From Candidatus Bathyarchaeia archaeon (GTDB lineage: Archaea; Thermoproteota; Bathyarchaeia; Bathyarchaeales; Bathycorpusculaceae): 64,000 nucleotides of DNA. Both the position numbers and the translations under genes were made by a program. How positions within the stretch are numbered: position 1 is the first letter of the stretch; every line of letters begins with the position of its first letter. The stretch spans positions 96,001-160,000 of the forward strand of contig JAVZLK010000001.1 in the NCBI GenBank assembly GCA_038883795.1, given 5' to 3'. This document shows, in pieces, positions 39,138 to 48,582 of the stretch. Below the pieces are notes generated by a model, which searched no databases, was not told where the DNA came from, and saw nothing but the letters and a program-made list of their open reading frames with translations.

Positions 39138-40166
39138 TTACTCGAGTGTTGTTCCACAGTTGGGACAGAACTTAACTCCCGCTTGAACCTCCGAACCACA
39201 TTTTGGACATTTACTAGTGGCTTGTAACGGCGTTCCACAGTTGCCGCAGAATTTCGTTCCAGCAGGGTTTGATGTACCACATTTTGGACACGTAATACCT
39301 ACAGCCTGCAGCGGTGCCCCGCAGTTGCTGCAAAACTTTGCTGTCTGTGGATTTTGGAAGTTGCATTTCGGACATAATACCATAGGCACTGCCGGGGCTG
39401 GTGCTGGCTGAAGCACTTGTGGAAGGATTACTGCTCCAGCGCCTACTGCCGCGCCTGGGCTCTTTGATAGGCTTTCGGCTGATTTTTGGACTGTTTCCAT
39501 TCTTAGAACTTCGGTTGCGCCAACTCCAGTTTTAATGTAGAATAAGCGGTCTCTCCACTCTGGGGTTGTGTCGATTCCCTCAAATTTCACATCGATGAGC
39601 TCAAGCCCTATCCGTGAAAAGGCGTCGAAAAGAACATTTTTTGCAAGAAGGCTTGTTTCGTCAAGTTTACCGTAAACGTCTGCCAGCGAATATTGGCTTA
39701 ATGTGTCAATGAGCCTCTCGTTAAAGTAACCCCTTAGAAAGTTTTGCAATCCATCTGTTGTGAAGGCGCCTTGTCCGCCAACAACCTCGTTAACGAAGAG
39801 GTTTGGTTCTTCCACTCTAAACCAGAAACCACCAAAGAACTTAAGCGGCGCAAGCTCTTTGGTTTGTCCTTGCGCTCCAAATTTTCCTTGGAACTGTTTT
39901 AAAGATACAAAGACAATTGTTGCCCTAAAAGGAACTTTGTCAAATCCGGCAATCTTTGAAATTATGTTTGTTAGTAATGGTAGGTTTGCTGTGGTTAAGA
40001 CGTGGCGTCCAGCTCTAAAAACGTCGTAGGCTTTTCCATCTCTAAAGAAAACTGCGGCTTCGTATTCATGGACGATGAGGTTGTCTCCCCAAGCAATTTC
40101 TTCGATAGGATATTTCCAAACGATGTCTCCTTCTCTCGCTCCAACCCATTCAATAACTTTTGGCAC
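39138..40166 (-). CDS. SPFH/Band-7 (YdjI-like) protein with three C-terminal zinc-ribbon repeats
   Basis: IVWKYP...LIVHEYEAAVFFRDGK...GRHVLTTANLP, Pro/Ala linker and three CPKC...KFCxNCG repeats. Confidence 0.85.
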   Translation of the reverse strand: MPKVIEWVGAREGDIVWKYPIEEIAWGDNLIVHEYEAAVFFRDGKAYDVFRAGRHVLTTANLPLLTNIISKIAGFDKVPFRATIVFVSLKQFQGKFGAQGQTKELAPLKFFGGFWFRVEEPNLFVNEVVGGQGAFTTDGLQNFLRGYFNERLIDTLSQYSLADVYGKLDETSLLAKNVLFDAFSRIGLELIDVKFEGIDTTPEWRDRLFYIKTGVGATEVLRMETVQKSAESLSKSPGAAVGAGAVILPQVLQPAPAPAVPMVLCPKCNFQNPQTAKFCSNCGAPLQAVGITCPKCGTSNPAGTKFCGNCGTPLQATSKCPKCGSEVQAGVKFCPNCGTTLE

Positions 40167-40183
40167 GCTAATTTCACCTCCTT

Positions 40184-41416
40184 TTAAATCGTTCCTTTAG
40201 GAATCCAAGGTCTTTGCCCAGCAATAACGCTTCCATTACATGCGTCAACTATCACGGAAAATGATTTGCCGCCCATACGATATTCTATAAACCACCAAGG
40301 CGCATATATTAATTCGGGCTCCTCCATGGGGTAAGCTCCAACATTAAACCGTGAAACAAAAGTGTATCTTGACCTTAACTCCTGTAGGGCTAATCCCTTT
40401 GCTTTTTCCTTAGCCTCTTGAGCGCTTACTTCCACATTAAGCGTTTCCTCACCAGTTTTCCTAAAAGGCTCCTTCCTATCCAAAGGAATTTTGTAGGCGC
40501 CCACATCTGGCTGATATTGGGCTGCTTTTCGTGCCACGACAAGGACATCCATTGTTTCGCTTACGGAAACTCTTTCTTTTCTGTCGGCTAACGCTTTTCC
40601 TGCTCCTTTTCCAGCTCCGCCGAAAATGCTTCCAAGGGCTCCTCCTAAAGCCTGCATGGCCACTTCTTGGGCGAGTTGACTCTTTGTGTCCTTTGCCTTT
40701 ACCAGTGCCTTTTTGCCTTCAAGGTCTCCTTCAAGCTGAACAGTTACAGCCCAATTTGGAACATAACGAAGAACAATGGCGCCCCATTCAGCACGTTCAG
40801 CCATGCCCCGAGTAACAAGAATTCCTTTTGCTACATGATTTTTGGCTATTTCCAGCGTCTGAGAACCAGTAAGCAGTATAGGCAGCATGCTGCATCTTGG
40901 TGGTTGTTCGCCAGTTATGTTGTTGACGTACCCGCAATAGTTGCAAACTACGAGAACTTCTTCTGGATTGTATGTAAGTGGGGCTCCGCAGTGCATGCAC
41001 GCTTCAAGTTTAGGTTTCAATGGTTGCGGTGGTTGCAGTTGAGTTGGAGAGGGCGCTGCCATTGGGGGCGCTGGTGAAATCACGCCTAAACTTTTGGATA
41101 TTTCTATGGCTTCCTGTTTCTGTTGTTCTTTCCAGCCAATCAAAGCACTTGGATTGTCGCATGAATTCGCCAAAGCTTGCTCCACAACATCCATCAAATC
41201 GCTTGGTCCATCAACTTCCACATAAACGTCTTCTGGTACGCCTCTAACTTTGACTGTTGCCTTTTCAAAAAACCCCTTCTTCAGTTCAAGCATGAAGCTT
41301 CTTTCGCCTGGAATAACTTTCTTAGTACTCCAACCAACCTGTTTAAGGTATTCGGGGAGAACTTGTTGAAAATTTGCCATTCTTACTCCTATTTGGCGAT
41401 AGCGAGCTGAAGTCAT
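40184..41416 (-). CDS. Zinc-ribbon protein (YdjG-like) with extra N-terminal domain
   Basis: CMHCGAPL...CNYCG, YVPNW and IYAPWWFIEY...IVDACNG. Confidence 0.7.
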   Translation of the reverse strand: MTSARYRQIGVRMANFQQVLPEYLKQVGWSTKKVIPGERSFMLELKKGFFEKATVKVRGVPEDVYVEVDGPSDLMDVVEQALANSCDNPSALIGWKEQQKQEAIEISKSLGVISPAPPMAAPSPTQLQPPQPLKPKLEACMHCGAPLTYNPEEVLVVCNYCGYVNNITGEQPPRCSMLPILLTGSQTLEIAKNHVAKGILVTRGMAERAEWGAIVLRYVPNWAVTVQLEGDLEGKKALVKAKDTKSQLAQEVAMQALGGALGSIFGGAGKGAGKALADRKERVSVSETMDVLVVARKAAQYQPDVGAYKIPLDRKEPFRKTGEETLNVEVSAQEAKEKAKGLALQELRSRYTFVSRFNVGAYPMEEPELIYAPWWFIEYRMGGKSFSVIVDACNGSVIAGQRPWIPKGTI

Positions 41417-41949
41417 CCTCCCAATCCTCTAAGGATTTCCGACCTCTTATCCACAAGGCCATCTAGTTCTTCAACTTTCGATATTAGTTCGTCCATTGCT
41501 GTTCGCCAATCGTCTTTTCCAGGTTCTAGCGCGTTTACTTTTTCAACGTCGGCTTTTATGGCTTCAGCTTTTTCTATTAAACTTACGTCATATTCGAGTA
41601 CAGTGTCAAGCTTGTCCTCCTTAACTTTGACAGCGTCAAACATTCCAGCATATCCGGCAACCGCCCTATCTATGCGTTGGGTTACTCTATCAATGCGGGC
41701 TGTAAGCGTATCAAACCTAAAGGTGTCTTCGCTTGAAAGTTTTTGGATGAGAGCGGGGTTTGCAAATTTTCTTCTGAAAGCGGTTTTTGCAGCCTTAAGC
41801 CTATTCACAACCTCCATCCGCACAAGACGGTCGCTTTCCCGTCGCAGTTCCTTCTCTTTGTAGCCTCTATATCCAGGAATATACCCCATAATTCTCTCGA
41901 GAAGACTTCTTTCTTTTCGCACTTTTTCAAAATAGTCTTTTCCACTCAT
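41413..41949 (-). CDS. Hypothetical all-helical protein
   Basis: LLERIMGYIPGYRGYKEKELRRESD; ATGA overlaps with both neighbours. Confidence 0.75.
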   Translation of the reverse strand: MSGKDYFEKVRKERSLLERIMGYIPGYRGYKEKELRRESDRLVRMEVVNRLKAAKTAFRRKFANPALIQKLSSEDTFRFDTLTARIDRVTQRIDRAVAGYAGMFDAVKVKEDKLDTVLEYDVSLIEKAEAIKADVEKVNALEPGKDDWRTAMDELISKVEELDGLVDKRSEILRGLGG

Positions 41950-42299
41950 TTCTTGCTCCTCCAGTATGCAACTATACCTATAACAGCAACAACAATTAAA
42001 AATATGCCTAAAATAACGAAAGTGTTCACCACATTATAGAAGGCGGAAGCCGCTGCAATGGCAAACATTATGACGCCCCAAACCAGATAATAAGTTGATT
42101 CCTTACCAGCCATAAAAGAGAAAACTATAGTGTAAACCCCGAGAGGACCCAAAAGCCAAGCGGGAATATTGAAAATATCAAGCGGAATTATGTTCACGCT
42201 GTAGACGACAACCGCCAATCCTACGGATATGACAAGAATAACGAGGGCTCCAACATTATAATCCAATACTTTGCGTTCAGCGTTCATCTTATTCCTCAA
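41946..42299 (-). CDS. Small four-TM membrane protein
   Basis: Four hydrophobic segments; translationally coupled to the downstream gene. Confidence 0.7.
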   Translation of the reverse strand: MRNKMNAERKVLDYNVGALVILVISVGLAVVVYSVNIIPLDIFNIPAWLLGPLGVYTIVFSFMAGKESTYYLVWGVIMFAIAAASAFYNVVNTFVILGIFLIVVAVIGIVAYWRSKK

Positions 42300-42345
42300 C
42301 GCATATTTGACTTACTATTGCGTAATCGTTTCTTTTAAAGTTTCA

Positions 42346-43098
42346 CTACAAAATTCCAAAACCAGCTGGAGGTATGTCACCCTTCACAACGGTTCCAGTA
42401 GCCCCATCCACTATTAGCTGGTAAGTTTTTCCCTTATACTCATATTTTACAAACCATGTTGGAGCATGGAGGTAAACTGCTTGGTTAACTTTTATTTCAC
42501 TTTTTATCTCAATTATTTTGTCCACATCTTGCTGGGCTAAGTATTTATGGTGCTCTTCGATTTCCTCTTTTGCCTTTTCCAAAGCCTCGCCTTTGTCGAT
42601 CTCGCTGTTTAATACTTTGGCATAACCTTCAATTTTCCTAAAATCATAAGGAATTTTACCCTCTAAGGGCACATCATACTCTTTTGTCGGAAATTCTGTT
42701 GCTTTTCTTGCCAAAATCAGCCAGTTATATTTTTTCTTAATTTGTCCTTCCTTGGTAACGGCTGGTGTGATGCGTTCAAAAATTCCTTTATATGTTGTTT
42801 CTGCTTCTGCTGTTATAATCCAGAAAGGTATGTAAATTAGGGATTTTTCCAAGATTTTTGATTTTCGTGCAAGGTCTGGAGGTTTTAGAAAACCAGTGTT
42901 CATCCAGCTTTTTACAAGTTCTTCAATTTGGGTTGGGTCGTATTTGTTTAGGAGCATTGAATGTTCAAAGGTGAAGGCTTTTCCAGTTTCTATCACAACG
43001 GTGTAGCCACAGTATTTGCATGTGGCTATTATCTCGCCTGGTTCGAAGGATATTGGGGCGCCACAATTCGAACACCTAATTTCTTGCACAATGGACAT
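42346..43098 (-). CDS. Zinc-ribbon protein (YdjG-like), paralogue of 40184-41416
   Basis: CSNCGAPI...CKYCG, YIPFW and LHAPTWFVKY...IVDGATG. Confidence 0.75.
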   Translation of the reverse strand: MSIVQEIRCSNCGAPISFEPGEIIATCKYCGYTVVIETGKAFTFEHSMLLNKYDPTQIEELVKSWMNTGFLKPPDLARKSKILEKSLIYIPFWIITAEAETTYKGIFERITPAVTKEGQIKKKYNWLILARKATEFPTKEYDVPLEGKIPYDFRKIEGYAKVLNSEIDKGEALEKAKEEIEEHHKYLAQQDVDKIIEIKSEIKVNQAVYLHAPTWFVKYEYKGKTYQLIVDGATGTVVKGDIPPAGFGIL

Positions 43099-43105
43099 TT
43101 CTTTT

Positions 43106-44533
43106 TCACGCTTTTGGTTTTTCCCTCTTTATTATTTCTCTCGCCACCAAAACCCCAGAAGCTGAAGCTTGAACTAAACCTCTAGTTACGCCAGCACCAT
43201 CCCCTATAGTAAAGAGATTGCGGATTTTTGTCTCTAAACAACTGCTCAGTTGCAGTTTTGAAGAGTAAAACTTCACTTCCACACCATAGAGAAGCGTATC
43301 TCTTGAGTAAATGCCGGGTGAGATTTTGTCCAAGGCTTTAATCATTTCTCGAATATCAGAAAGGTAACGATAGGGCAAAACAAAGCTTAGGTCGCCTGGC
43401 GTAGCATTTTTTAATGTGGGGGTTATGACGCTTCTTGAGATTCTTTCGGGCGTTGATCGTCTTCCAGCTTCCAAATCGCCTAGACGCTGTATTATTACGC
43501 CTCCGCTTAGGAGGTTTGAAAGCCTAGCGAGGTATTTTCCGTAGGCTATGGGTTCTTTGAAGGGTTCGGTGAAGGATGTGCTTACAAGAATGGCGAAGTT
43601 TGTGTTTTCTGTTTTTCTTTCCGCGTAGCTTTGACCGTTCACCGTTAATACTCCGTTATAAGATTCTGTTATAACTTCGCCATATGGTGCTACACAGAAA
43701 GTGCGAACTTGGTCATCGAAGTGTTTTGAATAATATATAAGTTTGGGCTCGTAAAGGGCGCTTGTCAACTCTTCCATCACAGAAGCTAAGACTTCAACCC
43801 TTATTCCAACATCAACGGGGTTATTGAGGGTTTTTAAGCCTAAGGCTTGGGCTTCTGATTGGAGCCATTCAGCTCCGCTTCTTCCAGGCGCCACGATCAC
43901 ATATTTTGCGAAATATTTTTCGCCATTTACGGTTTCAACACCTTCGACGGCGTCGCCTTTCAATATGAGTCCTTTAACGTCAGTTTTTGGTTTGAATTCA
44001 ACTTTACCGTTTAGTTCTTGCCTCATTTTTCTTAAAGTTTGGGCGCATCTTTCTGTGCCCATGTGGCGAATTTTTTGGCGAATAAGCTTCAACCCAGCCA
44101 ATGAGGCTTTCCGTTCAATCTCTTCTACCTTTTCAATGTCGGCTCCATAACTGTGTTCGGGCGCACCAAACTTTAGGTATATAGAATCTACATAGTTTAC
44201 GAGCTCTTCAAGTTCTTTTGACGAGACATATTGGTTAAGCCAACCGCCAACCTCAGTAGATAGGGTAAGTTTACCATCGCTGAAAGCTCCAGCACCACCC
44301 CACCCAGACAAAAGCAAACATGGTTCACAGTGGACGCATTCAAAACCTCGGCTTGCCGGACATTTACGCTGATTAATATCCGGACCTCTGTCAAGTATGA
44401 GAATGCTTAGTTTGGTTTTTTCTGTAAGCTCTAAAGCAGAGAATATTCCTGCTGGGCCGGCTCCGACGATTATTACGTCGTATTTCAATGGTTTTGTCTC
44501 CTGAAACCCAGAAGTAGATGGGGTAACTTGCAT
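43106..44533 (-). CDS. FAD-dependent oxidoreductase (COG2509-like)
   Basis: DVIIVGAGPAG, GWGGAGAFSDGKL, VRTFC, GVEVKFYS and GDGAGVTRG. Confidence 0.85.
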   Translation of the reverse strand: MQVTPSTSGFQETKPLKYDVIIVGAGPAGIFSALELTEKTKLSILILDRGPDINQRKCPASRGFECVHCEPCLLLSGWGGAGAFSDGKLTLSTEVGGWLNQYVSSKELEELVNYVDSIYLKFGAPEHSYGADIEKVEEIERKASLAGLKLIRQKIRHMGTERCAQTLRKMRQELNGKVEFKPKTDVKGLILKGDAVEGVETVNGEKYFAKYVIVAPGRSGAEWLQSEAQALGLKTLNNPVDVGIRVEVLASVMEELTSALYEPKLIYYSKHFDDQVRTFCVAPYGEVITESYNGVLTVNGQSYAERKTENTNFAILVSTSFTEPFKEPIAYGKYLARLSNLLSGGVIIQRLGDLEAGRRSTPERISRSVITPTLKNATPGDLSFVLPYRYLSDIREMIKALDKISPGIYSRDTLLYGVEVKFYSSKLQLSSCLETKIRNLFTIGDGAGVTRGLVQASASGVLVAREIIKREKPKA

Positions 44534-44554
44534 ATATTTTTAGCGAACCACCAA

Positions 44555-44896
44555 TCATTTTTGTGTGTAAGGTATGAGGCAGAGAAACTTCACAGCTTTC
44601 GAGCCAGTATTCCTAAACTGGTGTTCTTCTTTTGGTGGAATAAAAATGACATCGCCGGGCTTAAACTTGCTTTCTTCGCCTCCGCTTTGCACTATGCCTT
44701 CGCCTTCCAAAATGAAAACTTCATGCTCCCAATCATGAGAATGCAAAGGACTGTAACCACCAGGCTCCATCTCAAAAAGCCTCATGGCAAAGTTTTTGGC
44801 GCCTATATCTTTGGTTATAAGCCATCTAACCTTCAACTTGAAAGTTCCTTTCTCCGCATCCTTAGCTTCCACACTAGTGTAGGGAAAAATTTTCAT
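44555..44896 (-). CDS. Cupin domain protein
   Basis: PLHSHDWEHEVFILEGEG...PGDVIFIPPKEEHQF. Confidence 0.88.
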   Translation of the reverse strand: MKIFPYTSVEAKDAEKGTFKLKVRWLITKDIGAKNFAMRLFEMEPGGYSPLHSHDWEHEVFILEGEGIVQSGGEESKFKPGDVIFIPPKEEHQFRNTGSKAVKFLCLIPYTQK

Positions 44897-44946
44897 GTTT
44901 TACTCTCTCCTTAAATAAGAAAGTTAAGTGAATTCGAAAAGATGTA

Positions 44947-45234
44947 TTAATCTTTTATGGCTTCTAGGAGGCTCATGACGTTCCACAATTTCACTCTTGT
45001 ATAAGGTGGCATGTTCGGATCCTGCAAAATCTCATCCAGAATCGAAATAGCGTTGGAAGCCCTAACCGCAGGCGTAAACTCCGTTGTCTGCAAAGCATCC
45101 ATAGAATCTTTAGCGGCTCTCCTAATATTTCGCGGCGTAGTATTATCTTCAGAAACAGCATTTAACACAGCCAAAGCCTGTTTAATCCTCTCTTCATATT
45201 CCTCAAGCTTCTTCTTCCTAACCACAACAGCCAC
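44947..45234 (-). CDS. UPF0147 family protein
   Basis: DNTTPRNIRRAA...AISILDEILQDPNMPPYTR. Confidence 0.85.
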   Translation of the reverse strand: MAVVVRKKKLEEYEERIKQALAVLNAVSEDNTTPRNIRRAAKDSMDALQTTEFTPAVRASNAISILDEILQDPNMPPYTRVKLWNVMSLLEAIKD

Positions 45235-45298
45235 CCCACATAATTTTCAATAATAAGTTATTATAGGCTTTTATACTATTCTATTGGAGGCTTAAACC

Positions 45299-45661
45299 TT
45301 GCCACCAGAAAAAGACGAAGAAAAACATGTTAAACGAATGGCCGACCTCCTACGCCAAGGCTTAACCCTCACAGACTTAGCTTGTCCCGCTTGTGCATCC
45401 CCACTTTTCAAGCTAAAAAGCGGCGACCTTTGGTGCGCAAAATGCGAAAAAAAAGTTATAGTGGTGAAGGAAGGAGAAGAACCGAAAATAACAAGTTCCA
45501 TGGTTCTGGAAACTATGGAGGCTACACTCCTAACAAAGATACAAGAGATACAAAACAAAATGCAAAGTGAACAAAACGTAGAAGAGCTTCAAAAGCTTGG
45601 AAGGGCGCTTTCTGACTTGTTGGAGAACCTTGAAAAGCTAAGAAGGATTAAAAGGTTTTAG
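45299..45661 (+). CDS. UPF0148 / Sjogren syndrome autoantigen p27-like zinc-ribbon protein
   Basis: MADLLRQGLTLTDLACPACASPLF...WCAKC. Confidence 0.82.
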   Translation: MPPEKDEEKHVKRMADLLRQGLTLTDLACPACASPLFKLKSGDLWCAKCEKKVIVVKEGEEPKITSSMVLETMEATLLTKIQEIQNKMQSEQNVEELQKLGRALSDLLENLEKLRRIKRF

Positions 45662-45673
45662 GCGAAAACGCAA

Positions 45674-46183
45674 ATGCTTGGGTTTTACGAAAATTTTCCT
45701 CAAACCATCCACAAAACAGCCCATTTCACTAGCGTAATCTCAAACAAACGACTACAACAAACCTTAATACGAATACTCAAAGAAATAAACGCCGAATCCT
45801 TCAAATTAGAAGAAATCGCAGACCCATCAATCCCTCAGTGCACAGTGTTTTTCGAGTTTGGCATAGCTGAAGCCAACACTTTCAACTTCCTAAGCAGTGA
45901 AGAAACAAACAAAGCATTAAAAATCATAAACAAAAAACCATTTCAGGTCATGGATTTCTTCTGCGCTATTCGATACTACAAGATGGAAAATGAACAGAAA
46001 AAGCCCTTAAAATTTGATTACTACATGATACGCTTCATATTCAACAAAAACTATGTGGAAACACAAGTTTTCCATGAAAGAGGACCAAGATACATATCAC
46101 CAGACGACCTAGCCAACCTTGTTCTTAACAAGATTAACGAGGCATTTTCAAGAAAAATATTAAAAGCCCTTCAGCCCTCATAG
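45674..46183 (+). CDS. Hypothetical protein
   Basis: 169-aa ORF co-oriented 12 bp after the UPF0148 gene; FEFGIAE and ERGPR motifs. Confidence 0.7.
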   Translation: MLGFYENFPQTIHKTAHFTSVISNKRLQQTLIRILKEINAESFKLEEIADPSIPQCTVFFEFGIAEANTFNFLSSEETNKALKIINKKPFQVMDFFCAIRYYKMENEQKKPLKFDYYMIRFIFNKNYVETQVFHERGPRYISPDDLANLVLNKINEAFSRKILKALQPS

Positions 46184-46783
46184 GTTACTTTTCTTCAAAA
46201 AGTTCATAACAAAATTTAAGATGGCTTCAGCAACTTCTGCTTTGGATTTGTTTCCATCTATCCTAACAAGTTCCCCTTTCTTAATAAAATCCAAATACAC
46301 GGAGCGCACTTTTCTCTGAGTTTCCAAATCCTCCATGACAGACTTTTTGAACTTTAACCGTTTAATTGCAGTTTCTGGCTCTACATCAATAAAAATTGCC
46401 AAGTCTGGACGCAGTGCATGCCTATTTATGGCTTCAATCCACTTCAAATCAATCCCCGCAGCCCCCTGATAAGCCAGAGAAGAATAAACATAACGGTCAG
46501 AAACCACAATTTTTCCGGCATTTAAGGCTGGAACAATTTCGTTGTTAACATGTTCGAAACGGTCTGCAGCGAAAAGTAAAGCCTCCACAATAGCTGAAAC
46601 CCTTTTTCCACCATGCAAACAATACTTTCTTATAAAGCGCCCAATTTTTCCTAAACTTGGCTCCGCCGTGTAAACAGCAGCATAACCCAGTCTTTTCAAC
46701 CTTCTAACAAGAAGCTTAGTTTGTGTTGTTTTTCCACAACCATCTAACCCTTCAATGCAGATGAAACAGCCTTTCCCCCTCAT
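46178..46783 (-). CDS. tmk: Thymidylate kinase
   Basis: IEGLDGCGKTT, EP, LLFAADR and DRYVYSSLAYQG. Confidence 0.95.
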   Translation of the reverse strand: MRGKGCFICIEGLDGCGKTTQTKLLVRRLKRLGYAAVYTAEPSLGKIGRFIRKYCLHGGKRVSAIVEALLFAADRFEHVNNEIVPALNAGKIVVSDRYVYSSLAYQGAAGIDLKWIEAINRHALRPDLAIFIDVEPETAIKRLKFKKSVMEDLETQRKVRSVYLDFIKKGELVRIDGNKSKAEVAEAILNFVMNFLKKSNL

Positions 46784-46872
46784 CTCATCAATCCTTTAAT
46801 CGTTTATAACATTAGGCATTATAAGTGAAGACACATTATAATAATTATTCTAGAAACAATGGAGAAAAGCCT

Positions 46873-48153
46873 ATGCCAAAAAACCATTGGGGAGAAATAA
46901 AAGACCCAGTGCATGGATACGTATACATAACAGAAGAAGAAAAGGAAATAATAGATTCTTATCCCGTGCAAAGACTGCGAAGACTGCGCCAACTGGCTGG
47001 GGCAGAATATGTTTATCCAGGAGCAAACCACACACGCTTTGAACATTCAGTAGGCGTCATGTATTTAGCTGGGAAGGTTGCCGAAAACCCAAACATCTCC
47101 CAGCACATAAGCAAAGAAGAAAGGGAGATTATTAAAATTGCCGCTTTGCTCCATGATGTTGGACACGGACCCTTCTCCCACGTTTTTGAACATTTACTTG
47201 ATAAAGAGTTAGGTAAAACCCATGAAGACATGACTTATTGGATAATTACTAACAGCGAATTAAAAGATACCATCAAAAAGTTTGGTTATAACCCCGAACA
47301 CATTGGAAAATTGGCTGTGGGAAGACTTCACAAACCCAAAAAAGCCTTTCTAGACCAAATAATAAGCAGCGCCGTAGACGTAGACAAACTAGACTTTGTG
47401 ATAAGAGATACGCATCATACAGGCGCGGAGTATGGCTTTGTTGACATTTTCAGACTAATCCATGCATTAGATGTGTTGGACGAAAATTTGGCAGTAGATT
47501 TGGGCGCCCTCTCAGCCCTCGAATCCTTCATAATCGCAAGAATAGAATCATTCAAAAGCATATACTTCCACCGAGTCGGAAGAGCCGCCCAAATAATGCT
47601 TGCCATTGCCATGGAAAAGGCAAACCCAGAACTTGAATTAACCCAATTCAAATCACCAGAAGAGTACCTCGCCATGGACGATTATACGGTCTGGACTCAG
47701 CTTAAAAAATGCAAAAAGTCAAGCGAGATTATAAAAAATCTTGAAAGGCGAAAAATGCTAAAATGCGCTTACGAATGGACCTTTTACGAAAAAGACGTAA
47801 AAATCTCAAACATTTTCAGCAAAGAAGCCCACAGAAGACAACTTCAAACAGACATTGCAAAAAAGGCGGGGGTGGAAACAGAAGCCGTAATAATAGATGT
47901 GCCAACTGTCCCATCAGTTCCCTATCACCATTCAGTTTTAATGGAACCAATGGAAATTCCATCCTTCTACAAAACCCGCGAAGGCGAAAAAGTTCAACAA
48001 TGCTTAAGTGACGTATCAAAAATTTTCGAAGTCCTAAAAGGGTTCATAAACATACTGCGTGTTTACACAAACGAAGAAAACCGTGAAAAAGTTAGTGCAG
48101 CAGCAGCAAAGATTTTAGGTGGAACCCCCACAACAGCAAGAATATCCTATTAA
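46873..48153 (+). CDS. HD-domain phosphohydrolase (SAMHD1/dNTPase-like); start taken at MPKNHWG
   Basis: DPVHG, QRLRRLRQL, HTRFEHSVG, LLHDVGHGPFSH, DVDKLD and IYFH. Confidence 0.88.
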   Translation: MPKNHWGEIKDPVHGYVYITEEEKEIIDSYPVQRLRRLRQLAGAEYVYPGANHTRFEHSVGVMYLAGKVAENPNISQHISKEEREIIKIAALLHDVGHGPFSHVFEHLLDKELGKTHEDMTYWIITNSELKDTIKKFGYNPEHIGKLAVGRLHKPKKAFLDQIISSAVDVDKLDFVIRDTHHTGAEYGFVDIFRLIHALDVLDENLAVDLGALSALESFIIARIESFKSIYFHRVGRAAQIMLAIAMEKANPELELTQFKSPEEYLAMDDYTVWTQLKKCKKSSEIIKNLERRKMLKCAYEWTFYEKDVKISNIFSKEAHRRQLQTDIAKKAGVETEAVIIDVPTVPSVPYHHSVLMEPMEIPSFYKTREGEKVQQCLSDVSKIFEVLKGFINILRVYTNEENREKVSAAAAKILGGTPTTARISY

Positions 48154-48163
48154 AGTGTGTGAA

Positions 48164-48580
48164 ATGCAGCCAATAACAATAAAAGGAAGAAAAATAGTTG
48201 AGGGACACTGCAAAGCACAAGCCCTCGTATCCGCTAAGCCAATAAGCTTTTTGGGAGGAGTAGACCCAGACGACGGAAAAATAATCGAACGCGACCACGA
48301 TTTGTATGGAAAGTGCATAAAGGATAAAGTCTTGTGCTTTCCGCACGGGCACGGCTCGACCGTTGGCAGCTACGTGCTATATTCCCTTGCCAGAAAAAAT
48401 TGTGCGCCAAAAGCCATAATCAATCAGACTGCTGACCCAGTCGTAGTTGTTGGAGCCATAATAGCGGACATCCCAATGATTGACCAAATAGACATCAGAC
48501 GAATAATGATAGACGACATAGTAGAAGTCGACGCTTACAAAGGTTTTATCAAAATTTGGAAACAGAAAGGAGCAAGATAG
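48164..48580 (+). CDS. Aconitase X swivel subunit (phosphomevalonate dehydratase small subunit)
   Basis: ISFLGGVDP..G and GHGSTVGSYVL with the catalytic Ser. Confidence 0.85.
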   Translation: MQPITIKGRKIVEGHCKAQALVSAKPISFLGGVDPDDGKIIERDHDLYGKCIKDKVLCFPHGHGSTVGSYVLYSLARKNCAPKAIINQTADPVVVVGAIIADIPMIDQIDIRRIMIDDIVEVDAYKGFIKIWKQKGAR

Positions 48581-48582
48581 AC

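Noticed and set aside
39150-39380. Repeated DNA near the end of the SPFH gene
   Set aside because: Explained by the three protein-level zinc-ribbon repeats.
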